A stretch of 64,000 nucleotides of DNA, taken from NCBI RefSeq assembly GCF_006345805.1, contig NC_042998.1, positions 49,476,001 to 49,540,000 on the forward strand, written 5' to 3'. The DNA comes from Octopus sinensis (Eukaryota). Shown here piece by piece: positions 13,591 to 26,081 of this stretch (the stretch's first letter is position 1; each line of letters begins with the position of its first letter). The notes under the pieces were generated by a model. That model had not been told where the DNA came from and searched no databases. It saw only the letters and a program-made list of their open reading frames with translations. The translations under genes were made by a program, and so were the position numbers.

Positions 13591-14600
13591 TAATTTGACT
13601 CTGGTTCTTTTTTGTTTTATTGCTTCAGCAAAATTTGCTTTGTCCTTTGTGGTGGTGGCGGCAGAAGAAGCAGTTGTAGCAGCAGAAGTTGTTGTAGTAG
13701 TGGTGTTGGTGTTGACGGCAGAGTTGTTGTCTTTAGTGACGGTGACGGTGAATGGTCTTGCGGCATTAGTTTTGTTGCTGTTGTTGTCGTTGTTGTTGTT
13801 GTTGGTGGTGGTGGTGACAGCGGGGATCTTTTCGGTTTGAACGGCAGTTTTTAACATAATTTCTAGGTAACTAAAAAATTTTAAACTTCGTATACTGGTA
13901 GAATGTGTTTATTAAACATCTTTTTCTCTTGGCTTTATTGAGAAAATTCTATAGTTTGTAAAATATTTGTTGTTTTTTTTCTTCAATTTCTGCAATGTCA
14001 ACCAATCAGTGACGTCTATGGGGTTAAAAAGCATTCTGTGCCGTATGAATATGTCCCTCGTTTAAGAAACAGATTAGGTTTATTTACATTTGTGAAGAAA
14101 AAAAGATACCCTTCCCCCCACCCCTAACCCTAACCCTAACTAACCTTAACCCTAAAAGAGATTGAAATGCAATAGATCGATTCTAGGGTCATAATTATGG
14201 GTGACAATTTCATATGACACCGCTAGAAAAAACTGCCGTTCAAACCGAAAAGATCCGACAGCGGCGTTCAAGCTGTCAGGTTCAGCAGCTAGGGAAATTT
14301 TCTTCTGCTGTTTTCAGCGCCTTGCTAGCGTTCCGCATGACTTGCGCACTGGCCTTGTGGTTTCCAGTCGCCATTTTCGAAATGAAAAATGGCTAAAATG
14401 AATCCACGAAAGCCTTCAAAAGTTTGTAAATTTCGCCTACCCAGGGGCAAAATTCTATGTAAATATCCATCAAGTTTTGAAGTGAATGTTGTTGCACAAC
14501 TTCTAAACACAAAATATTCGACAATAAAACTTTTAAACATGCAAAAATAGCCAACTTACGTGGAGCCCATTTGACTAGCGTCCGTCCAGAAGATAGATAG
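13590..14600 (-). mobile_element. Probable 5' end (UTR plus Thr/Asn-rich ORF1 start) of a Tx1-like LINE, interrupted by a MITE
   Basis: Thr/Asn/Ala-rich minus-strand ORF, and a ggctattt motif near the start, as in the element ending at 28790. Confidence 0.35.
13824..14256. mobile_element. Merlin-type MITE, copy 1
   Basis: TIR ggatcttttcggtttgaacggcagtttt; exact 8-bp TSD gacagcgg (13816-13823 and 14257-14264). Confidence 0.85.
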
Positions 14601-15444
14601 ATAGATGTAATATACACAAAATGTTGTATATTACATCTCTTACATTAAGATATTTGTGAATATGAATCGGATAGAATCACTGGAAATGTGGTATGATAAG
14701 TATAAGGAATTGTCGGAAAGGAGAAAGACTACCACGTGATCATAACTTTCAGAAACTAGTGATGGAATATGTAATACCAGCAGATCAGAAAGGCTCAAGC
14801 AGTTTTGATGCTGGTACTTTATTTTATAGACTCCAAAAGGATCAAGTACAAAATTGATCTTGGCAGGATTAGAAATGTGAAAGTGAAGATCCAGAAGAAA
14901 TATCGCTGAGCATATAGTTTGACGCTCTAACGACTCCATCAATAGCGTAGCAAGAGTTTTGTCACCCGGAGGAAACAAACCTTGAGATGGTTTACCGTTT
15001 CCACGGAGGTTCCCGAGCCTATACAGGCTTATACAGCAGACTCCAAAATGCCGACCCCTTAAAAGCGTTGCTCGGGTGGGACCACACTCTCACCGCTCAC
15101 TAGCTGCGTTACTAGACTCCATTAACTCACTACCCTCATTTAATAAATATTGTAATAAACTACCTTAAATTTGCTGGCTCGTCCTAAGATGAAAAATTAA
15201 CGGTGTACCTAGAAAAGATTTTCACCTCAGTAAATTAATCTTTAAGGACACCAATAGGTTTAGAGTCATTGTTGAGATTCAATGGACTAAAATTTACTTT
15301 TTAAAGTGTGTGGTAGGAATGTATAATGATGAATAAGCACTGGTAATTCCAGTCAAGTAATTATTTAAAAAATATAAATGCTACAAGAACTATGTAGGTT
15401 AATGATAAAGGAAGTGAGATACAGAGTAATATATGGCTATTAAC

Positions 15445-15494
<50 letters not shown>

Positions 15495-15993
15495 CACACA
15501 CACACACATACACACACACATACACACACACACATAAATACGTGCATACACACACACATGTACGTACGTATGTATATACTACCCAGAGTCAGACAAGCAA
15601 TAACACGTGCCTCAAATTTTACACTTCTCATTTGTGTTATTTTGACCTATCCATCCATCTATCCACGCGCGTGCACCCCCCCCAATCATCATCATCATTG
15701 TTCGACCGTGGTCGAGACTTTCATAGTCTTTTCAAATGGCTAATAATGTGTGCGCGCGTCACTACTACACACATTGGAAAGCATTGTACAACCAAGTACT
15801 AAAGAAGATCTTTCCTCCTCCATGAAACAAAGCTGTTCCCGCTGGACGTCAACCCAGTATTTCTAAGCTACGGACCCAGTGATTTATTGTAAGGTTATCT
15901 CCCTAGATAGATTGCCTTCACTACGGCTAAGGAGCCCTTTCTACCCCCCCCCCCAAATTGTTTCTCAACCACATGCTTCCGGGTTCAGTACAC

Positions 15994-16418
15994 GGATATT
16001 TTCGGTTTGAACGGCAGTTTTTTCTAGCGGTGTCATATGAAATTGTCACCCATAATTATGATCCTAGTATTGATCTATTGCATTTCAATCTAGGTTAGGG
16101 TTAGGGTTAGGGTTAGGAGTGGGGGGAAGGGTATCTTTTTTTCTTCAGAAATGTAAATAAACCCAATCTGTTTCTTAAACGACGGACATATTCATACGGC
16201 ACAGAATGTTATTTTACCTCAATAGACGTCATTGATTGGTTGAAATTTCAGAAATTGAAGAAAAAAACCAACAAATATCTTTCAAACTATAGAATCTTCT
16301 CAGTAAAGCCAAGAGAAAAAGATGTTTTATAAACACATTCTACCAGTATACGAAGTTTAAAAGTGTTTAGTTATGTGGAAATTATTTTAAAAAACTGCCG
16401 TTCAAACCGAAAAGATCC
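15994..16418. mobile_element. Merlin-type MITE, copy 2 (opposite orientation, inside a SINE-A head)
   Basis: Same TIR; exact 8-bp TSD cagtacac. Confidence 0.85.
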
Positions 16419-16974
16419 CAGTACACTTCGTGGAACCTTGAGCAAGTGTCTTCTGCTATGACCTCGGGCCGGCCAAAGCTTTGTGAGTGGATTTGGTAGA
16501 CGGAAACTGAAAGAAACATGTCCTCTATATATAAAGGACGTGTTTCTTTCAGTTTCCGTATGTGTGTGTGTCTCTGTGTCTGTGTTTGTCTCCCATAATT
16601 GCCTCACAACCGGTGTTGGTGTGTTTATGTCCTGTAACTTAGCGGTTTTTATGTACCAGGCTTACAAAAGAAAAAAAAAGTACTGGGGTCGAATCGTTCG
16701 AGTATAATTTTTCAAATTGCTACCCTAGTATAACTACAGTCTAATGACTGAAAGAAGTACAAAATGTTATGTATATATATCATGATAGATCGTTTGCCAC
16801 TACACACATTTTTCTTCTCTCCTTGTTTCTCTCCTTGTTTTTCTGTGTCACTTTCTGTAGAAGAGCGTAGGCTCGAAACGTAAAAGACTTTTTCTATTCC
16901 TGAGCGTCTATACTATACATCTGTTTGTTTTGTACACCACCTGTGTTCGTCTTTTGCTTTTTTTCCTAAACTCT

Positions 16975-16977
<3 letters not shown>

Positions 16978-17066
<89 letters not shown>

Positions 17067-17223
17067 CTTTTCTACTCTAGGCACAAGGCCCCAAATTTTG
17101 GGGGAGTGGGGGCAGTCGATTAGATCGACCCCAGTACGCAACTGGTACTTAATTTATCCAGCCCGAAAGGATGAAGAGCAAAGTCGACCTCGGCAGAATT
17201 TGAAACATACATACATACATACA

Positions 17224-17259
<36 letters not shown>

Positions 17260-17357
17260 TATATATTATACACACACACACACACATACATACATACATA
17301 TATACATATATTATATATATATATATATATACACACACACATACATACATAACATAC

Positions 17358-17392
<35 letters not shown>

Positions 17393-17403
17393 TACATACA
17401 TAC

Positions 17404-17440
<37 letters not shown>

Positions 17441-17486
17441 TATATACCACACACACACATAATATATATATATATATATATATAAT
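16978..17486. repeat. Compound (TA)n/(CATA)n/(CA)n microsatellites around a SINE-B fragment
   Basis: Directly visible. Confidence 0.9.
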
Positions 17487-17559
17487 AAGATATCATGAAG
17501 AAAAGCGTTCAGGATTTTCAGAAATTGCAAGGAAAAAATCTAAATTGAAATAATGAAAA

Positions 17560-18200
17560 CTAGCTTAAATTCATGCATAGTAAGGAAACATTCATCAAGT
17601 AATGTGTCTCTAGTGGTCCTTTTGTCCATTGCCCATCAAATTCAAGGTCCAATCTCTGACATGCACTTTGTAAGAGCAAACAATGTTCTTTCATTATGTA
17701 AAGGGGGTAGTTTTTTTCTTACAAAGGAAAGAACAGATATTTGGGTTATTACTCAAGGTAAAACCTTAAACTGTAATAATCACCTGTATGTTCTTAAGAA
17801 TTTTACTACTCATGTAATCATTCATTATATTCCAACATTTATATTCCATACATTATATTCCAACAAGATGGTGCATCCTGCAGTTCAACAAAATGGACGA
17901 AAGACTGACATTGATATATAATGATATTGCTATACTGGGTAAATAGACAGTTTTATCTTCTGACTTGAGCTCTATAGAAAATGCATCGGATTATATAATT
18001 AAAGACAATTGCATTTTATAAAGCTGCGTCAATACCGGGTTTAAAAGAGCAGATATTACAGGTCTGAACACAGATAATCCGAGATTACTGCAAAAATTTG
18101 ATTGAAAGCATGACAAGGAAAAGGGCTACAAAATTAGGTGGTGAGCGATATAACATTGGTATTTGTTGTTTTGCAAATTATCTGCATATTTTATTACAAA
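17560..18200 (+). mobile_element. Tc1-like transposase C-terminal remnant
   Basis: QQDGASC, SSDLSSIEN (compare SPDLNPIEN) and LIESM..KLGG across frameshifts. Confidence 0.5.
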
Positions 18201-18924
18201 ATATTTTGCCTGTTTTTCATCAACATCATCAATTACAGTATAATACTTTAGTTTTATTGTGAATTGAGACATTTGACCAGGGCTATGCATGCATGTATGT
18301 ATGTATGTATGTATGTATGTATGTATGTATGTATGTATGTATGTATGTATGTATTTGGATGTTCTGGTGATGAGGCTCCAGTTCTGGGTTAGTGGAGAGC
18401 ATAGAGTCATTTTTAATTACCATTACTTCCAGATCCGTTCTGATCCGGAATAGCAGTACCTGCCAGAATCCCATATAAGAGTTAAATAGATTTCCCATGG
18501 ATAGAGGAGGTTCCACTTTATTTTTGACAAGGCTGTGGGGAAGGCAGCTCTTCCAGGAAAACGATACTTTGATATAAAACTTGAAGTCAAGATTAGTACC
18601 AGTCATCTCACAATGTTTGTCACTGAACCTACTATAGCGATTACGAGAGTGGCAATAGCGTTTTATAAGCTTTTGTCACTTAAATCTAATGGCGTACGGA
18701 CGTCTCACTCTCATTTCATTTCTTGATCCATTATGCATTTTATGAAGTCCAATGCCGATGGATATCTGTGCATATGCAAGGATGAAAGTAAATCAGAACT
18801 ATTAGGCTATCATCCGAAAAGATGAGGCAATCATAATGTATTTGGGTACATACCCACACGCGATGATTGCGCGGCAAGGTAGGTAGTGATCGATAGCAAT
18901 ATATTCCTTTTATGGCAAAATATG

Positions 18925-19024
18925 NNNNNNNNNNNNNNNNNNNNNNNNNNNNNNNNNNNNNNNNNNNNNNNNNNNNNNNNNNNNNNNNNNNNNNNNNNNN
19001 NNNNNNNNNNNNNNNNNNNNNNNN
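18925..19024. other. Assembly gap (about 100 N)
   Basis: Run of N. Confidence 0.98.
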
Positions 19025-19416
19025 GGGAGGAAGACAGAGAGGAAGAGAGAGAAGGAGAGAGATTCGTCTCTTTTCTACTTGAAAATTATCGTCGCAATGT
19101 TTTCGCGAGTGTTAGAGACGGTTGATGGCTCATATTTAGTTTAGCGTCTATTAAAATATATTGCATATTTAACACTCATCATTGTTGTTATTTACGCTTC
19201 TCATCGCCCCAGTTGCTTTTTTTCTCCTTTTCTTTTCTTTTTTTTTTTTTTTTTTTTTTTTCGGTTCTCGCTATTTTTCATGCACAGGTTCATCTTCCGT
19301 ACCAAGCTCTCTCGTGCTACTGATCCTACATTCTTTGCATGACTCGGTTATATTAATTCTACTTTTCAAGCTACCAATGATGATTTTATTCTCTGTTAAC
19401 GGTATTTCTTCTAGTT

Positions 19417-19802
19417 ACTCTTTTACTCTTTTACTAGTTTCAGTCATTTGACTGCGGCCATGCTGGAGCACCGCCTTTAGTCGACCAAATCGACCCCTGG
19501 GACTTATTCTTTGTAAGCCCAGTACTTATTCTATCGGTCTCTTTTGCCGAACCGCTAAGTGACGGGAACACACCAGCATCGGTTGTCAAGCAATGCTAGG
19601 GGGACAAACACACAAACACACATACATATATATATACAACAGGCTTCTTTCAGTTTCTGTCTACCAAATCCACTCACAAGGCATTGGTCGGCCCGAGGCT
19701 ATAGCAGAAGACACTTGCCCAAGATGCCACGCAGTGGGACTGAACCCGGAACCATGTGGTTGGTTAGCAAGCTACTTACCACACAGCCACTCCTGCGCCT
19801 AT
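19417..19802 (-). mobile_element. tRNA-derived SINE, family A (the most abundant repeat here), near-complete copy
   Basis: Head ggagtggctgtgtggtaagtag...ggttccgggttcagtcccact, internal (TA/TG)n, tail aagtaaaagagtaaaagag. Other copies or pieces at about 1-230, 9905-10075, 15950-16760, 21035-21495, 30130-30380, 31500-32910, 33143-34385, 34710-35190, 35845-36320, 36560-36880, 40870-41045, 43445-43815, 48010-48335, 56030-56560, 58990-59185, 60045-60432, 63553-63870. Confidence 0.9.
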
Positions 19803-19977
19803 AGTTGTTTACGTTCCGAGTTCAAATTCCGCCGAGTTCGACTCTACCTTTCACCCTTTCGCGTTCTGTGAAATAGAGAACTTGTCAAGTACGAAGGATC
19901 GTTGTAATCGTCTTGCTTCTCCTTTAAATTTGTTGGCCTCGTGCCAAAAGTTGAAACACATCTGTACATATACATCT

Positions 19978-19978
<1 letters not shown>

Positions 19979-20027
<49 letters not shown>

Positions 20028-20185
20028 TGTTTAACGTCCGCTTTCCATGTTGGCATGGGTTGGACGGTTTGACTGAGGACTGGCGAGCCAGATGGCTGCA
20101 CCAGGCTCCAATCCGATCTGGCAGAGATTCTACAGATGCATGCCCTTCCTAACGTCAACCACTCCGAAAGTGTAGTGGGTGCTAC
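19979..20185 (-). mobile_element. SINE-like repeat with (GAT)n tail (family C)
   Basis: (CAT)n then gtttaacgtccgctttccatg...gcccttcctaacg.caacc; second copy at 58135-58375. Confidence 0.7.
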
Positions 20186-21287
20186 TACACAGCCACACCT
20201 GCAAACGTCTTAATGACAGCAACCGTGAGTCTTTTCGAAGCCGCGTTGACTGGACTGTCAGTAAAAAGAAATAAGGAAATAATTATCTCAAGACTGCATA
20301 TTTAACTTGTGTGTTTGTAAACTGAGGACTTTCTATCTGGATGATGAATTAAATATACCACCTAAGAACAGTTGGAATATCTAGAGGGTTGCAATCTTCC
20401 TAATAATTCAGTCACCACCGTCTGGAGTCTGAGTATGTGTTCGCTCTTTCCCTCCCTTCCTTCTGTCTGAAACTTAATCTTTTTATTGAAGGAATTCCTT
20501 TCTAGCATTTATTTCTTTTACAAAAGCAGTTATATATTCAAAATTTATTTACAAAGCATATCGTATTTCTCATAATTTCGTAAGTTTATGACTGGTTAAT
20601 CTGTAACGCTAGTTGACTTGCTGATATGTGTGATTAAAGTGCGTAATATTGCAAAGTCTTATAAACCTAGGGGGAGAAAATAATCAAGGAACTGTGTAAC
20701 TGATGTTTCGTTTAGTCGTAATACTAAAATCAGCCCTTGGGTATAATCCAACAAATATCAGTTCGAGGAGTGGGTTGGGGGTTATCAAGCGTTACTTCCG
20801 CTAAGTGGTAGTACAGTTTTTCAACAGAAGTCGGATCTTTTCGCTTAATAAATACATAAAACAAATGCTGCGAGTGGATAAGAGAAATGATGGAATACAA
20901 CGAAAATTTTAGAGGGATATGACAAAAAAAGGAAGAAATTATTCAGTTGAAAAATAAAAAAAAATCTTATCGTTTTCTCGTTTATTTGTTTTAGTTGTTA
21001 GACTGCGGCCATGCTGGGACGTTGCTTCACTCTTTCTCTTTTACTCTTTTACTTGTTTCAGTCATTTGACTGCGGCCATGCTGGAGCATCGCCTTTAGTC
21101 GAGCAAATCGACCCCAGGACTTGTTCTTTGTAAGCCTAGTACTTACTCTATCGGTCTCTTTTGCCGAACCGCTACGTTACGGGGACGTAAACACACCAGC
21201 ATCGGTTGTCAAGCGATGTTGGGGGCACAGACACAGACACACAAACATACACACACGCACACACATGCACACACGCACACACCCACG

Positions 21288-21325
<38 letters not shown>

Positions 21326-22874
21326 TACATACATGTATACGACGGGCTTCTTTTCAGTTTCCGTCCACCAAATCCACTCACAATGCTTTGGTCGGCCCGA
21401 GGCTATAGTTAAAGGCACTTGCCCAAGGTGCCACGCAGTGGGACTGAACCCAGAACCATGTGGTTGGTAAGCAAGCTACTTACCACACAGCCACTCGGAA
21501 AGGATCGATGGGCCACGCTTTCGCGGTCCGTATTCATACTGAAAATCGAGATCGAACGAGCTTTTGCCCTTTTGCTCGAGCAAATCGACCCCAGGATTTT
21601 TTTATGTAACTCCGATACTTATTCTATCGGTCGCTTTTGCCGAACCACTGAGTTACGGAGACTTAAACTAATAATGGTTGTCCAGTGGTGGTGGTGGTGG
21701 TGGACACACGCGCGCGCATTAATTTCATTCGGGTGTTAACCCTGGAGTTAAATATTTTAAACTCGTCAACGGGTACAAGTTATCAGATCGGACTTGAAAT
21801 CGGAAATCGATTGTTTTACAGATCATATTTCTTAAAATCTATTGAGATCCACAGAATTTATATTATCATTCACAAGGAGAATGGAGTGAGCAAGTTGTTT
21901 TATTACATAATTTTACAATTTTTCATCGATATGCAACTATAGATTTCTGATGCAATTGAACGTTGATTCTTCATAGATGTATATAAAATCCATTTGCTGC
22001 TGTAGTTTGTATTATCAACAGATTATACCACCAATTGTCGGTAGGTGTGTTTATATTATTACATTTGCATATCACAAGCAAAAAAGTAAGATAAAATAAA
22101 ATAAAATAAAATATAGTATAAAATAAAAAAATAATAAAATAATCCTTTCTACAATAGGCACAATGCCTGAAATTTGCGGGGGAGGGTGATAATTGATTAC
22201 ATCGACCCCAAAACTCAATTGGTACTTAATTTATCGACTCCGAAAGGATGAAAGGCAATTTGAACTCAGAACGTAACGACGGGCGAAATACCGTTAAACA
22301 TTTCGTCCAGTATGCTAATGATTCTGCCAAAATAACCCTTTCTACTGGAGCACAAGGCCTGAAATTTGTGGGGAGGGGACTATTCAATTACATCGACCCT
22401 AGTGTTTCACTGGTACTTAATTTACCGAACCCGAAAGGATGAAAAGCAAAATGGACCTCGGCGGAATTTGAATTTAGGACATAATGATGGGCGAAATACC
22501 TATTTCTTTACTACCCACAAGGGGCTAAACATAGAGTGGACAAACAAGGACAGACAAACGGATTAAGTCGATTATATCGACCCCAGTGCACAACTGGTAC
22601 TTATTTAATCGAACCCGAAAGGGTGAAAGGCAAAGTCGACCTCGGCGGAATTTGAACTCGGAACGTAGCGGCAGACGAAATACCGCTTAGCATTTCGTCC
22701 AGCGTGCTAACGATTCTGCCAAAATAATGAAAAGATACAGAATGCACCACAATTCAAACCAACCGGTCGCTAAATAAGAGAAAGGAGAAAGAGCAGAGAA
22801 AGAAAAAGATAAAACATAAAACAAAATAAATCAGATAATATTTTCTGTCACCAAAGGATATCTAAATAATTTAA

Positions 22875-23080
22875 CCCATTAGTGCCCAAATAATTTTATT
22901 TGATTTATTAACAATAATCTTTTTTTAATACAACTTTATCTGATACTAAATATATAAAAAACATTATTACAATATTTGAAAGACACTTCAGTCTTGATAT
23001 CTAAGCAGAATACAGGTGTTTCAGAAATATGATAGATTATCCTTCTGGTCCTAAGAAAAAGGATGATGGGCGCTAATAGG
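22875..23080. mobile_element. piggyBac-type MITE
   Basis: TTAA on both sides (22871-22874 and 23081-23084); ends cccattagtgccc / gggcgctaatagg. Confidence 0.75.
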
Positions 23081-24221
23081 TTAATAGTCTGTTTTCTTAA
23101 ACTATTATTTTTTTTAAAACCAGATATTTATTCCATCAGCCACTAAGATAAACTGTGCACATTTTTCCGCACCATTATCACAATGTGACGTAGATGGAGG
23201 AAACTATCAAAGTACATGTCGACACAAAGGCTAAATTTCAGCCACCATTAAATTCAGCGGCCATGATTCCACACATGCACACATGCACGGATGCAAACAG
23301 ATATGGAGTCAAAGATAAAGTTATTAATATCTTAAAGGGCACGTCTTACTTACTATGGAGAGAAAGAAAAAAATTCAAAGAAAACACAGTATATTAACAA
23401 GCCAAATGATTTATATATCTTGTGGAAACAGAAAATATTATCTACCGATTTATTTTCTCGTTTTATGATTGTTTTCCAAATTTTCTTCCTTCCCATCCAA
23501 TTTCTTGACCGGTTGATTTGAATTGTGATTTAATGTTATATTTTTTAAATTTCGTTTTACTTATGACATACAAATGTAATCATATAAACAGACCTACTGG
23601 CAATAGGTGTTAACTGTTGATAATATAGGTTACAGTAGCCAATGGATGTTATATATAACCCTGAAGAGTTGATGTTCGATTGTATCAGTATAGTGGTACC
23701 TCAGAAATCTAAAGTTGTGTTCATTATAAAACATAGCAATACTCTTGAGATTGAACATTGAGGAAAGAATTGTTGATTTATGTGCTAAAACAACTTGCTC
23801 ACTCTATTCGCTGTGTGAATATTTAACGGGCTTCTTTCAGTTTTCGTCTATCAAATTTGTGAATGAACCTGTTTGAGTGGGAATATAAAAGGAAAATAAA
23901 GTCTTCAGTGTTAGAATGTGGTTTGTGGGGTTGACCACGTCTTCCACTTCATCATTGTTAAGCATTCGATTCTTTTACTTCATCCGTATTTTTTTTTTGT
24001 AATTTTTAACGTTCATCCTCATTCGTTCCCCGACCCCTGTCTGTTTGTCTGTCCTTGTTTCGTCCTCTCTTCATTTTAAAATCGTAATGGTGAATAAAGA
24101 AAAGAGTTTTCGTCTATCAAATCCACTCACGAAACCTGGGGCGACCCAGGCCTATAGTAGAATATAACTGCCCGAGATACCATACAATGGGACTGAACCG
24201 GAAACCATGTGGTTGGGAAGT

Positions 24222-25762
24222 TAGAACCAGCGGAGAGCTACAAATACCTAGGGGTATTTGGAGGGGGCAAAATCAAACATGTGATGAGGGAAAGGATCAG
24301 AAGAAGATGTTATAGTAGGGTAAGGGCAATACTCAAGAGAGAGAGCTGAATGCAAGAAACAGGATCGAAGCGATCAATATTTTAGCCATATCAGTCGTGA
24401 CTTAAAGTTTCAATATCATTAACTAGTCAATTACCGAAATATGTAATCTTGACAGAAAAATACGAAAATTGTTGACAATGCATAGAATGCACCATCCTAA
24501 GGCAGATATAGAACGAATTTATTTGTCACGAAAATAGTGGGGCCGTGGACTTTTACAACTGGAATTAACAATGAAGATTGCCACAATTGGCCTAGACACC
24601 TGCCTGAAAATCTCTGATGACTGGATGTTAAAACTTGTCTCAAAGCATGGAAACAAGAAAGCATCATACTCAGTAACAAAACAGGCAAAGGAATATCTAA
24701 GTGAATTCCAAATACAACAAATTTTAGAATTAGACATACCAGAAACAAGCTCAGAAAAAGCTAGCATATGAAAATCCGTGCTAAAACTGCGGCCTTAGAT
24801 ATTCTTACTGATAAATGGCAAGAACAGCCTCTGAATGGCAAATATCCAAAGAGAGCTAATAGTGCTGATGTTGACAAAGCCCTGACCCATCAATGATTAG
24901 TGTCTTCTGGCTTAAAATCAGATACAGAAGGGTTTATCATAGCAACCCAAGATCAATGCTTACATACAAGTAACTACCAGGCCAACATATTAAAGAACAG
25001 CAGTAGCCCAACATGTCGTGTATGTCAACAACAAAATGGAACCATTGATCACGTTGTCTCCATATGCAGTCTTCTTGCGCCTATAGAGTATCTCAACAGG
25101 CATGATAGAGCAGCAGAATATATTCACTGGGTAATTTGAAAAAACCTGGACTTGCCCCATGATAAAAACTGGTGGGAACACAAACCACCTCCAGTGCTTG
25201 AAAATTATCACATCTCACTCCTCTGGAACTTCATTCAAACTGACAGAAAGATAGATGCGAATAGGCCAGACATTATATTGAAAGACTTCTGGCAAAAATC
25301 ATACCTTCTCATTGATATGACTGTCTAAATCGACATAGATGTATCGGTCAAGATCTACCAAAAACTGAGCAAGTATAAAGATCTTGAGATAGAAATTGGC
25401 AAAATGTGGAACCTCAAGACCAAAACAATACCTGTTGTCGTAGGTGCCCTAGAAATGTAGCAGAAGGGGCTGATCCCTACCTCAGATACCAGGAAACCCC
25501 AAAATGGCAGAAATTCAAAAGATAGTGCTCATGGGAACTGCCCATATCTTACATAAAATACTGTCTATGTAATCTCAAATTTTAAAACAAGCTCATAATT
25601 TTCTTATGTTTTCTTAAACATTCTCCGGAACAATACTATGTGCAAAACTAAATATATGACACCCTAGGCATAATACCAGCATGAAATTCTAACTTGTTGC
25701 CTCTTGAGGTCTCTGGATGAGACTTGGAGACAACTTGTACAAATACAAAGCAAAAGTCAAAC
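24222..25762 (+). mobile_element. 5'-truncated REL-type LINE (R4/Dong-like)
   Basis: SYKYLGV, GGRGL, LKSDTEGFIIATQDQ, CRVC..HVVSIC..RHD, ANRPDII..LIDM..KLSKYKDLEIEI. Followed directly by (AAT)n. Confidence 0.88.
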
Positions 25763-25819
<57 letters not shown>

Positions 25820-26007
25820 TAATAATATTTTGACACAAGACTAGTAATTTCGGGTGAGGGACTTCAGTATTCAACTGGTACTTATTCTAATTGACTCCGA
25901 AAGGATGAAAGGTAAAGGCAAAGTCAACTTTGGTGGAATTTAAACTCAGAACGTAATGATGGACAAAATACCGCTAAGCATTTTGCCCGGCGAGCTAACG
26001 ATTCTGC

Positions 26008-26059
<52 letters not shown>

Positions 26060-26081
26060 TATTATTATTATTATTATTATC

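Noticed and set aside
13547-17496. Poly-V/C/Y/I/T ORFs here and elsewhere in the ORF track
   Set aside because: They are translations of microsatellites or antisense low-complexity ORF1 sequence.
19740-19802. tRNA-like A/B boxes in SINE heads
   Set aside because: They are part of SINEs, with no full cloverleaf, so they are not called tRNA genes.
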